Of a stretch of DNA of 32,000 nucleotides, positions 7,700 through 15,172 are shown piece by piece. The notes beneath the pieces are model-generated. The model ran no database searches, was not told the origin of the DNA, and saw only the letters and a list, made by a program, of their open reading frames with translations. The position numbers and the translations under genes are program-made. Source of the DNA: Gammaproteobacteria bacterium (lineage in GTDB: Bacteria; Pseudomonadota; Gammaproteobacteria; Thiohalomonadales; Thiohalomonadaceae); NCBI GenBank assembly GCA_041685115.1, contig JAWLGK010000017.1:27712-59711 (forward strand). Reading direction: 5' to 3'. The number at the start of each line of letters is the position of its first letter. The stretch's first letter is position 1.

Positions 7700-8365
7700 T
7701 TACATCACGGCCTGCATCGCGGAAACCGCCTTGTGCGCCAGCGCGGCAAAGCCAGTGAGGCGGGGAGCGGCATCGGGCACAGGCCGGCGCGAAACTGGCA
7801 CCGAGAAGCCGTGCGGCAGCTTGCTTTCGTCCTTGGTCTTCAGGAACTCCACCAGACAGGCGTTTTCGGCCTCCAGGGCTTCCCGTTTGGCGGAGAAAGC
7901 GGCGTAGTCGGGCGTTGGGGCTAGCCTCTCGACAACCGCCTTGTCCGTGACGCCCAAAGCCTTCAACTCCTCGCGCTTCCGTCGCATGGTGCCCTCCGCG
8001 CACTGGATCTCCCTCGGAATGCCGTTCAGCTTTCCGACAATCTCCATGTGGCGCGTCGCCGCCGCGTTGAAGACGGGAGCCAGGCGCTCGTTATCCGCCC
8101 GTTCCAGCGCGGCCATATCCTCGCTCAGGGCTGTGATGGTGCGCCGCGTGGCGATTGCTTCCAGGCCGAATTTTGTGACTGCCTGGAAATGGGTTTCGTC
8201 GGGGAATTGTTGGCGCACCAGCACCAGCAGCACCTCGGGACGAAGCTGCTTGACCGCCTGAGACAGGTCCTCGCGCAGTCGGACGGCGGCGCGCATGGCC
8301 TCCGTGTCATTGCGGATGGCGCGGAGTTCGTCAGCAGTGGGCAACGGTGGGTTGATCTTGGGCAT
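7700..8365 (-). CDS. hypothetical protein (221 aa), predicted helical/coiled-coil
   Basis: SD AAGGAGAA lies 8 nt upstream of ATG 8365. The central region is rich in E/K/R/L/A. No family was recognised. Confidence 0.6.
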   Translation of the reverse strand: MPKINPPLPTADELRAIRNDTEAMRAAVRLREDLSQAVKQLRPEVLLVLVRQQFPDETHFQAVTKFGLEAIATRRTITALSEDMAALERADNERLAPVFNAAATRHMEIVGKLNGIPREIQCAEGTMRRKREELKALGVTDKAVVERLAPTPDYAAFSAKREALEAENACLVEFLKTKDESKLPHGFSVPVSRRPVPDAAPRLTGFAALAHKAVSAMQAVM

Positions 8366-8419
8366 GGTGATGGTTCTCCTTTCGGTTTCTGTGCATTCTC
8401 GCCGGGGTTTTGAGGGTTT

Positions 8420-8737
8420 CTATCCCACGTTTTCCGAGTTTCCCGCACTGCCCGCCGGTTCGGCGCCGCGCAGTTGGGCGAGGCCCGCCACCTGCGATTT
8501 CAGCCACGAGTGCAAACGGCCGGCCACCCGCTCGGCGCGCTCGATGCGTGAAAGCGCGGCGAACGCGCCCGGTTCGCCCAGTTCAGCGGCGATCTCCTTG
8601 GCGGCCAGTCGCACGACAACTTCGGGCGTAGCAACGTTGGCGGATTCTCGCAGGGTGGCAATGCACGCCTGGGCGACGCCCATGACAATGCCGTCCTGCT
8701 CCAGGTCGGCGGTGATGGTGTGGTCAGTGGTGCTCAT
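8420..8737 (-). CDS. hypothetical protein (105 aa)
   Basis: SD AGAGGA lies upstream of ATG 8737. Confidence 0.55.
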   Translation of the reverse strand: MSTTDHTITADLEQDGIVMGVAQACIATLRESANVATPEVVVRLAAKEIAAELGEPGAFAALSRIERAERVAGRLHSWLKSQVAGLAQLRGAEPAGSAGNSENVG

Positions 8738-8819
8738 GATCTTGGTCCTCTTGTTGGTGGTGATGAAACTAGCGTCGTGGCCGCCTGGGGAGCGCGGCCG
8801 ATTTGATACGTTGGCCCGC

Positions 8820-9005
8820 TCAGTTGCGGCAGGTCTTTACCTTTCCGTCCTGCGTGTAGGCCACGGATGCGCCGCTCGTGAATTGGATGTACTCAACCCC
8901 CTCAACGCATACCTTCGAGAATCCGGTGGCCGTGGCTGTAACCCGGTCAGCCCAGCCACAGCCCGTGAGAATAAGTGCCGTGAGGAATCCCGCTGCAATC
9001 TTCAT
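8820..9005 (-). CDS. small lipoprotein (61 aa)
   Basis: MKIAAGFLTALILTGC carries an LTGC lipobox. A strong SD (GGAGGAG) precedes ATG 9005. Confidence 0.7.
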   Translation of the reverse strand: MKIAAGFLTALILTGCGWADRVTATATGFSKVCVEGVEYIQFTSGASVAYTQDGKVKTCRN

Positions 9006-9074
9006 CGCTCCTCCAATTTGGCCCGCAGGCCCACGGCGGCTGATATGAAACGAAACGATATGAATCCTCGCAGC

Positions 9075-9884
9075 TCACGCGGTCGCCCCTTCGGTCATGG
9101 CTTGCGCGCCCTCGGCAACGTCGGCGCCGCTGGCAATGTCGGGAAAGCGCCGGAGCGCCAGGGCCGCAGACTCGGCGGCTTCCTTGGCGCGCTCAACGGT
9201 GCTTACGAGCTTCGCGCCGGCCTTCATGTCCTCGAACTCCGGATTCAGTTCGGCGAAGCGCTCCAAGGCTGCGTGAGCCTCACGCTGGGCCGCTGAGACC
9301 GTGGCTACGGTCTGACCAAGGCACTCCATGCGGTCGTGCATCCGGCGCAGCCAGTCCATCTGCTCCAGCCGCGCCTGATCGAACTCGCGGAACATCCACG
9401 CGGAAACCTGCCGCTCCATGGTCATGCGGGCGCCCACCTCCCAGTCGTCCATGGCGCCGAAGAGGTAGTCGATGGAGACCTCGTAAACCTCGGCGGCCCG
9501 ACGAATTACCCACAACGGCAGCGACTCGCGATCCGCAGGTGCTTCGAACGCAGCGAGCTTGGCCTTCGTGATGCCAATTCGCGCGGCGGCCTCCCACTGC
9601 TTCAGTCCGGTCAACTCTCGGGCCTCAGTGAGGCGTTGCCCAACGATCTTCACGACCGTCGCCGCCCTCAGATGCCGACCGCCAGGGGGCGCTTCCACCC
9701 CTTCGCCCATCTGTTCGCCGTCCTCGGGCCGCTGAGGCGCTTCCTCCGGTACCGGGGTTGGTTGGTGCTCCAACATGCTCGTTCTCGCCTCCTGTACGGT
9801 GTGCGCTGGTCTGGTGTTGGCGATCATCGCGGCGCGAACGGCCGCCGCTGTCGGCTTTTTCTGAAAGGGGAAAAAGTCGCTCAC
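9075..9884 (-). CDS. XRE-family HTH regulator with extended N- and C-terminal regions
   Basis: The central IVGQRLTEARELTGLKQWEAAARIGITKAKLAAFE is a Cro/CI-type HTH. The GTG start overlaps the primase-helicase stop (GTGA at 9881..9884). The true start could be internal. Confidence 0.65.
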   Translation of the reverse strand: MSDFFPFQKKPTAAAVRAAMIANTRPAHTVQEARTSMLEHQPTPVPEEAPQRPEDGEQMGEGVEAPPGGRHLRAATVVKIVGQRLTEARELTGLKQWEAAARIGITKAKLAAFEAPADRESLPLWVIRRAAEVYEVSIDYLFGAMDDWEVGARMTMERQVSAWMFREFDQARLEQMDWLRRMHDRMECLGQTVATVSAAQREAHAALERFAELNPEFEDMKAGAKLVSTVERAKEAAESAALALRRFPDIASGADVAEGAQAMTEGATA

Positions 9885-11758
9885 CGCACCCCCTCCAGGT
9901 CATCGGCTTCGGCCTGTTCGATCTCGCCTTGGGTGTAGTCGTCCGCTATGGAGTAATTCACGTAGCGCCAGGGCCGCCCGTCCGGCTTGCTCAGAAATTG
10001 GTGGCTCTCCCGGTCGAACCACAGCGCCGCCCGTGGCTCGTCGTCGCCGTTCCGTTGCTTTGCGCAGATCAGCATTGCCCCCGGCTGCTCCTGGATTTCC
10101 AGCGGCGCCGGGATGCCGTCGGCTTCGGCGCGGCGGATCGCCTCCTCGCGTTTCTTGTTGCGCCAGCAGAGCAAGAGCGTGTCCGTCATATCCGAAATGC
10201 CGCCGGTGCCCTTCACGTCGAACTTGCCCGGAGGCTTGTCCTCGGACTCGCCCTTTCGTGTGTGCGCAACCAACATCACGTGGGCATCGTGTTCTTTCGC
10301 GAAGTCCGTCAGCCGGTCAACGAACCGCTTCTGGCCGTTGTAATCGTCTTCAGCGAACCCGCACTTGGCGAGGTTGTCGATCACGAAGAGGCGGATGCCG
10401 TAGCGGCGGCGGGCGTAGGCGAACACGTCGAGAATGCGATCAGCCTTTGCGGTGCCCACCACATCGAAGACCCAGAGCCGATCCGCGTACCACCGATGGA
10501 TCGCGCGAATGTAGGGCTCGGATGGTACGGCCATCGCCGCCGCCTGCCGGGTGAGCCTGCGAAGCCACTTGACCGGCTTGAACTCCATCGAGGCGATGCA
10601 CGCGCGCTCCCCCTGCGATAGCGCCCCCAGGGTGAGGTGGCCGGCAATCTCGGACTTCCCGTGTCCGTTCACGCCAGCAAGAACGGACACCTCGCCAGGC
10701 CGGAAGAGCAACAGGCCGTGCAGCTTCCGCCAGGGCGGCAGGAACCCGCGCTCGGCCTCATCGGCCGGATAGAACTCGCGCACCACGTCATCGGCGTACA
10801 GGGCGGCGGAGCGGAGTTCGTCGGGGTCCAGCGTTCGGGCCGCTGTGAGGAGGTTGCGTGCTTGTGTGGGCGTCCACCCTGCCCGCAGCAGGTCGTTGGC
10901 GTCCTTGTGCGGCGCCGGCATCGTGACGACTCGGCAACGTTCGCGCCCCAGCCGCTCCGCGATCACGGCGGTGGCCTCTTGGCCTGGGCCGTCGGCGTCA
11001 AGCGCCAAGTAAATCGTGTCGAACCGCTCCAGGTGCTGGAACTCGTGTTCGATCCACTGCTGCTTGGCTCCGCTGCCACCGCCAAACGGCACCGACAGGG
11101 CGGGAGCGCCAAGCTGAAACATGCTCATGGCGTCCACCTCGCCTTCGGTGATAGTCACCTCGCGGGCGTTGTCGGGGATGGCTTGCCAGCCGAACAGGCA
11201 CGGCTGGGTGTCCTTCTCCACCCGCACTTGCTTCTTGCCGTTGGGCCGGTCGAGGCCCAGATACTTCACCGCAATGAGGTCGCCATCGCGCAGGGAGGGG
11301 AGCACGATTTCGCGCCCCCGCTCGGCAACGCGGTAGGCGGCCAGGGTATCGGGGGTCAATCCGCGCTCGCGGGTGAGGTAGTCGAGCACGGGGGAGCCGT
11401 CGCGCGGGGCTTGGCACTTCGGCCGCTCAGGGCGCCGGTACTCTTGGCGCCGATGGCCGGCGAACTCGGGATCGCGCACGCCAAGATGGGCCTTGGCCTC
11501 GGCGATGGCCTGAGCCAGCGGAATCGACCGGCAGGCGGCCCAAAGGTCCAGGAGGTCGCCGCTCTCCCCCGTCGCGAAGTCACCCCACACACCAGTCTTC
11601 TCGCCGGTCAGGTGCACCCCCAAGCTTTTGCCGGCCTCGCCGTCGGTCGAGCCGGCGCGCCACTCGTGACCCTCGCGCTTGCCATTGGGCAGCAGCAGCT
11701 TTGCCACGGCCTCCGCGTCGCGGGCGAGCATGGCGGCAATGTCGCGCGCCGTCGTCAT
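9881..11758 (-). CDS. bifunctional primase-helicase (TOPRIM domain + DnaB/RecA-like NTPase)
   Basis: TOPRIM motifs are ITEGEVDAMS and YLALDADGPGQ. Walker A is LAGVNGHGKSE and Walker B is LFVIDNL. ATG 11758 overlaps the upstream stop (ATGA). N-terminus: MTTARDIAAMLA...GKSLGVHLTGEKTGVWGDFATGESGDLLDLW. Confidence 0.85.
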   Translation of the reverse strand: MTTARDIAAMLARDAEAVAKLLLPNGKREGHEWRAGSTDGEAGKSLGVHLTGEKTGVWGDFATGESGDLLDLWAACRSIPLAQAIAEAKAHLGVRDPEFAGHRRQEYRRPERPKCQAPRDGSPVLDYLTRERGLTPDTLAAYRVAERGREIVLPSLRDGDLIAVKYLGLDRPNGKKQVRVEKDTQPCLFGWQAIPDNAREVTITEGEVDAMSMFQLGAPALSVPFGGGSGAKQQWIEHEFQHLERFDTIYLALDADGPGQEATAVIAERLGRERCRVVTMPAPHKDANDLLRAGWTPTQARNLLTAARTLDPDELRSAALYADDVVREFYPADEAERGFLPPWRKLHGLLLFRPGEVSVLAGVNGHGKSEIAGHLTLGALSQGERACIASMEFKPVKWLRRLTRQAAAMAVPSEPYIRAIHRWYADRLWVFDVVGTAKADRILDVFAYARRRYGIRLFVIDNLAKCGFAEDDYNGQKRFVDRLTDFAKEHDAHVMLVAHTRKGESEDKPPGKFDVKGTGGISDMTDTLLLCWRNKKREEAIRRAEADGIPAPLEIQEQPGAMLICAKQRNGDDEPRAALWFDRESHQFLSKPDGRPWRYVNYSIADDYTQGEIEQAEADDLEGVR

Positions 11759-12501
11759 ACCGCCCCCACGAGCCAGTCGGGTCTCTCCGCTGGGGCTGGC
11801 GTGCCCCTCCGGCTTTCGAGGTACTTTCGAACCCACGGGATCGGTTCGCTGACATCCTCGCGTTCGGCGCGCTCGATAGCCTGGACCACGGCGGCGTCGC
11901 CGTGATTCTTCCGCATCAGGCCCAGAAAGCTACGTGCCCCCTTCGCCGCGCAGCCCTTCGCCGTCAGGAAGGCGAGGCAATCGCCAAAGATTGGATCTGG
12001 CGCCGGCGCGGTCGCTGTTGCTGGCGTTGCCGAATCCGAATTGCCCGGCGGCGCGGCGGCGCCAGCCGAAGGCGGAACCTCCGAAGGAGGGTTAAGGGAA
12101 TCAGGAATCAGTAAGAGGGAATCAGCCGGGCCGGTTCTGTGCTCGCCCTGGTCCTGTACCGTGCAAGCACTGTGCTCGCCCGGTGCCGGTATCGTGCTTC
12201 CCGATTCCCGGCAGTGCGGGTTCTGGTGCTTGGTGAAGTTCAGCACCTGGATGAACCGCTCATTTCCAACGTGGTAACGCAGGATGAAGCCGGCGTCGTG
12301 AAGCTCGCCCAGCATGTCGTCCACGCTGCCGTCGTCGTAGGGCAAGATTTCGGCGCGGATGCGCTTCGGACGGTCTTCGAGGCGGCCTTCGCGGTCGGCA
12401 AGGCACCAGAGGCCGGCGAACAGCAGCCGGGCCAGAGGCGAGCACTCCGCCAAGGTCTCGTTCTTGAAGAAGCCGGGCTTGATGTTGCGGGCACGGGCCA
12501 C
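11755..12501 (-). CDS. replication-associated protein (phage replisome-organiser-like N-terminal domain)
   Basis: GTG start with SD ACGGGGG. The N-terminus ARNIKPGFFKNETLAECSPLARLLFAGLWCLADREGRLEDRP is a motif I recall from prophage replication modules. The gene sits immediately upstream of, and is coupled to, the primase-helicase. The middle of the protein is a low-complexity Pro/Ala linker. Confidence 0.55.
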   Translation of the reverse strand: MARARNIKPGFFKNETLAECSPLARLLFAGLWCLADREGRLEDRPKRIRAEILPYDDGSVDDMLGELHDAGFILRYHVGNERFIQVLNFTKHQNPHCRESGSTIPAPGEHSACTVQDQGEHRTGPADSLLLIPDSLNPPSEVPPSAGAAAPPGNSDSATPATATAPAPDPIFGDCLAFLTAKGCAAKGARSFLGLMRKNHGDAAVVQAIERAEREDVSEPIPWVRKYLESRRGTPAPAERPDWLVGAV

Positions 12502-12503
12502 GG

Positions 12504-12674
12504 TCAGGCCCCCGTCAGGTGAGCGATCAGGTGGTCGCGGACCTGCCGGACTTCAGCGACCTTGGCCGCGCGGGTGCGCCGGGTGGCGACCATACGCGCG
12601 TGGTGGAACGCTGCGCGCAGGTGGGCAGATCGGGCCAGGGCGGCGGCCAAGTGATGGCTGTAGGTATTCCGCAT
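12504..12674 (-). CDS. possible small basic protein (56 aa; below ORF-track cutoff)
   Basis: Own translation: MRNTYSHHLAAALARSAHLRAAFHHARMVATRRTRAAKVAEVRQVRDHLIAHLTGA. SD is GAGGG. It exactly fills the gap between alpA copy 2 and the replication gene. Confidence 0.4.
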   Translation of the reverse strand: MRNTYSHHLAAALARSAHLRAAFHHARMVATRRTRAAKVAEVRQVRDHLIAHLTGA

Positions 12675-12685
12675 GCCGTGCGCCC

Positions 12686-12940
12686 TCAGTTGGCGGCGCC
12701 GTGGTTCTGCTCACGGCTCGCGATCCAGGTGCGGATGTCCTCGACCTTCCAGGCGGTGACTTTTTCAGAAAGCTTGATGGGCGCAGGGAAATCACCGCGC
12801 TTCACCATCCGCCATAAGGTCGGCGCGCTGAACGGGAAGATTCCTGTGGTGGCCGGGCGTCGCTTGCGGGCTGGCTTACTGACCAGTTGTGTTTCGCGGA
12901 GATAGCCGGTTTCGGGGATCGTTACGGGCCGCGATGTCAT
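12686..12940 (-). CDS. alpA: AlpA-family transcriptional regulator or excisionase (copy 2)
   Basis: FPFSAPTLWRMVKRGDFPAPIKLSEKVTAWKVEDIRTWI is the canonical AlpA HTH pattern. It is the first gene of the long minus-strand operon. Confidence 0.85.
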   Translation of the reverse strand: MTSRPVTIPETGYLRETQLVSKPARKRRPATTGIFPFSAPTLWRMVKRGDFPAPIKLSEKVTAWKVEDIRTWIASREQNHGAAN

Positions 12941-12944
12941 GAGA

Positions 12945-12971
12945 GGTCACCTGTAGTGTCGTGAGGTGACC
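12945..12971 (-). promoter_or_regulatory. 8-bp inverted repeat GGTCACCT / AGGTGACC covering the alpA copy-2 Shine-Dalgarno
   Basis: On the minus strand the sequence reads GGTCACCT-cacgacactac-AGGTGACC-tctc-ATG. The proximal arm contains the AGGTGA SD. It could be an operator or an SD-sequestering hairpin. Confidence 0.4.
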
Positions 12972-12997
12972 CGTATTAAATTGACGCGAGGTGAAAC

Positions 12998-13037
12998 AAA
13001 AAAGGCGTGTCCGCCGGAGACTGACCAGCCTCCGGCG
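12998..13037 (-). terminator. intrinsic terminator after the 189-aa cargo gene
   Basis: On the minus strand, CGCCGGAG-(10-nt loop)-CTCCGGCG forms an 8-bp stem. A short GGCG/CGCC hairpin and TTTTTT (12998..13003) follow. Confidence 0.6.
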
Positions 13038-13065
13038 TACAGTGTGCAGTCTCCGGCGGAGACTG

Positions 13066-13635
13066 TTACTTGCCGCCTGCCAGCTCTTTGGCTCGCTCAC
13101 GGATTGAGTCGTATGCCCACCGGTAACTCCGGGTTGCTCCATCTATGCGCTGTTCATCAAGCCAAATGAGAAGTTTTTTTGCTGCTTCAGGATGGCTCGC
13201 GAACTCGCCGCGCCTGCGCTCCCATTCCGCCAGGAAGACATCCTTCACTGCCCTATTTCTGTCGTGCCTTTGTTCATTCGCGTTATCAGAAGCCTTCTTC
13301 CTTCTGTCTTTCTCAATCTCGCCGAGAATGCTGCCTGTGCATGCAGATTCCTCGACCTTCGCGAGCTGTACCATTGAGTGAAGGACTTCCGGGCGAATGG
13401 AAATCTGAGACACCAGACTGGTCAGATCTCTATTGCGAAGCAACACGGTACGCCGACAGGAGTAATACAGCGCCACGGCAAGAAGCTCAGTGAAGCGGTA
13501 GCCGGTCAAGGCTTTCCATTCGTCAACCCAGGAATCAATGTTATCTCGCGATAACTCCAGTTCTCTCTGAACCTCCTCAGGTGCAAAGAGCAAGAGTTTC
13601 GCCACGTCTTCAATAGTCGGATCTCGAACCCACAT
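13066..13635 (-). CDS. orphan cargo protein (189 aa), unknown function
   Basis: ATG 13635 (MWVRDPTIEDVAKLL...) has SD AGGGGG. The upstream part of track ORF 13066..13875 overlaps the integrase 3' end and reads as junk. The gene is visibly more AT-rich than its neighbours and has its own terminator. No family was recognised. Confidence 0.6.
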   Translation of the reverse strand: MWVRDPTIEDVAKLLLFAPEEVQRELELSRDNIDSWVDEWKALTGYRFTELLAVALYYSCRRTVLLRNRDLTSLVSQISIRPEVLHSMVQLAKVEESACTGSILGEIEKDRRKKASDNANEQRHDRNRAVKDVFLAEWERRRGEFASHPEAAKKLLIWLDEQRIDGATRSYRWAYDSIRERAKELAGGK

Positions 13636-13732
13636 AGCGCCCCCTATCAGCGCACCCTTGAAGAGGAAGCCGCGCCGGCCGGGGAAGGGTGCCCCGGTTG
13701 TCTCCCCGTCGGGATAGGCGCGGCTGTACTCG

Positions 13733-14995
13733 TTACGATGCGGCCCGCGTCTCCTTGCGCAGCGGCACCACGTTCCAATCCTTCCCCTCCTCGCACGCCA
13801 CGATGAAGGTGGCCAGTTTCGCCAGGGCTTCCTTGCGCTCTTCGAAATAGATGTGCCGGTCGTAGATGCCCTCAACGCCCTTGATTTTGTGGTTCAGGCA
13901 TCGCTCGGCGATGTGCGGATCAGTTCCTAGTGCCGCGAGGTGAGTCCGGGCGGTTCGTCGGAGATCGTGGACGGTGAAAGAGGGAAGCCCATGCTTGACC
14001 TTCGCCAGGGCCACAGAGAGGGTCGATTCGCAGACGTGGGGAAGCATCCGGTTCTGCATCTTGCGGGCCGGCAATACCCAAGCGCTGTTGCCGGCGAAGC
14101 GTTTCAATTCTTTCAGCCATCCCACTGCCTGGGGCGGTAGCGGGATATCGATGGCAGTGTTGGTCTTTGTCCGCTCGGCCGGCAGATACCAGACAGCATT
14201 GTCCAGGTCGAACTCCGCCCATGGCGCGGCCATAAACTCCATCTTGCGCACCGCCAGCACCAACAGCAGCTTGACCGTCAGGCCGTTCTCGACGCTGAAG
14301 CCCTTGGCGTTACGCATGGCCTCGAACAGCGTAACCAGCTCGTCGCGGGACAAGGCGCGGTCGCGGGCCTCCTCCTTGCCGCCGGCGTCGTTCAGGTCGA
14401 AGGCAGCGGCAGGGTTGAATTCGATCATGTGCCGCTTCACGGCGTAGTCGAACATCCGCCGCACCCATCGCAGCACGTCGTTGGCGATGGTCGGGGCGCC
14501 GCGCTTGACGATGGTCTGGAGCATCGCATCGACGTGCAGCGGCTTCACGTCCTCGATGTTCAGCTTGCCGATGTTCGGCTTGATGTCCTTCTCGATACGG
14601 CTGCGCACGATGTTGGGATGCTTCCAGCGGCCCAGGATCATGCGCTCGAAATACTCATCCGCCAGTTGCCCGACCGTCACGGCGTGCTTCTCGGCCTCGA
14701 TCTTGGCCAGGGCCTCGGCCTTGCGCTCCTGCTTCTCGCCGGCCACGTCGTGCCCCAAGGCCACGCGGGCGGAAAGCTCTTTCGCCTGCTTGCGGGCATC
14801 AGCAAGGGACAGCTCGCGATAGCTGCCCAGGCTCATCACCCGCGCCTTGCCTCCGAAGCGGTAGCGAAAGCGCCACGTCGGAACCGCGTCATTCCCGCGG
14901 AACCGCAGGTACAGCCCATCGCCGTCGCCGCGTCCCTCGAACCGCTCGCCGGCCTTGATCCAGTTGCGGATCTGCACGTCCGTCAGTTTGCCCAT
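13733..14995 (-). CDS. int: tyrosine recombinase, P4-type (DUF4102 N-terminus) integrase
   Basis: ATG 14995: MGKLTDVQIRNWIKAGERFEGRGDGDGLYLRFRGNDAVPTWRFRYRFGGK is the typical P4-family N-terminus. The C-terminus carries HDLRRTARTHLAALG...LNH...GIYDRH, which supplies the catalytic R, H-x-x-R and Y. The 34 codons upstream in the track run through the att repeats. Confidence 0.9.
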   Translation of the reverse strand: MGKLTDVQIRNWIKAGERFEGRGDGDGLYLRFRGNDAVPTWRFRYRFGGKARVMSLGSYRELSLADARKQAKELSARVALGHDVAGEKQERKAEALAKIEAEKHAVTVGQLADEYFERMILGRWKHPNIVRSRIEKDIKPNIGKLNIEDVKPLHVDAMLQTIVKRGAPTIANDVLRWVRRMFDYAVKRHMIEFNPAAAFDLNDAGGKEEARDRALSRDELVTLFEAMRNAKGFSVENGLTVKLLLVLAVRKMEFMAAPWAEFDLDNAVWYLPAERTKTNTAIDIPLPPQAVGWLKELKRFAGNSAWVLPARKMQNRMLPHVCESTLSVALAKVKHGLPSFTVHDLRRTARTHLAALGTDPHIAERCLNHKIKGVEGIYDRHIYFEERKEALAKLATFIVACEEGKDWNVVPLRKETRAAS

Positions 14996-15011
14996 GTCAC
15001 CGCCTCGCCAT

Positions 15012-15034
15012 GTGTACCCATTCCCGTGTACCCA
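15012..15034. repeat. two GTGTACCCA direct repeats (15012..15020, 15026..15034), inverted relative to the GGTACAC half-sites of the att repeat
   Basis: Read directly. With 15046..15064 they form a cluster of four related 7-9-mers, two in each orientation, just upstream of int. These are likely recombinase-binding sites. Confidence 0.55.
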
Positions 15035-15045
15035 ATCCCTCATCA

Positions 15046-15064
15046 GGTACACGCTTGGGTACAC
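15046..15064. repeat. Right copy of 19-bp direct repeat GGTACACGCTTGGGTACAC (putative att core)
   Basis: Identical 19/19 to 1030..1048. It lies 51 bp upstream of the integrase start. Confidence 0.8.
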
Positions 15065-15108
15065 GCCCATTCTGAGATTTGGTGAGCCAACATGCAACGA
15101 CAGGAAAC

Positions 15109-15134
15109 AAAAAAGCCCGACAGCATCAAGGCTT
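15109..15134 (-). terminator. weak candidate intrinsic terminator downstream of yicC
   Basis: On the minus strand, AAGCC-(12-nt loop)-GGCTT runs into TTTTTTG. The stem is only 5 bp, so this is a low-confidence call. Confidence 0.3.
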
Positions 15135-15172
15135 ACCTGGCTTCCTGAGATAACGTGAGACTAGGTGAATCG

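Larger units (their letters stand above)
1030..15064. mobile_element. Integrase-bounded genomic island with phage-satellite-like (PICI / P4-like) gene content
   Basis: Perfect 19-bp direct repeats at both ends, with a tyrosine integrase abutting the right repeat. Contents: AlpA x2, XRE regulator, primase-helicase, TerS-like x2, HigBA and ORFans. No capsid, portal, TerL or tail gene was recognised. Both flanks are housekeeping genes (gmk; yicC). Confidence 0.8.

Noticed and set aside
9758-11905. Plus-strand ORFs of 287 aa (9758..10621) and 422 aa (10637..11905)
   Set aside because: They are antisense to the primase-helicase, whose TOPRIM and Walker motifs identify the real frame.
14996-15097. 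34-codon N-terminal extension of the integrase ORF
   Set aside because: It runs through the att and arm repeats. The P4-type integrase N-terminus MGKLTD... with its SD begins at 14995.
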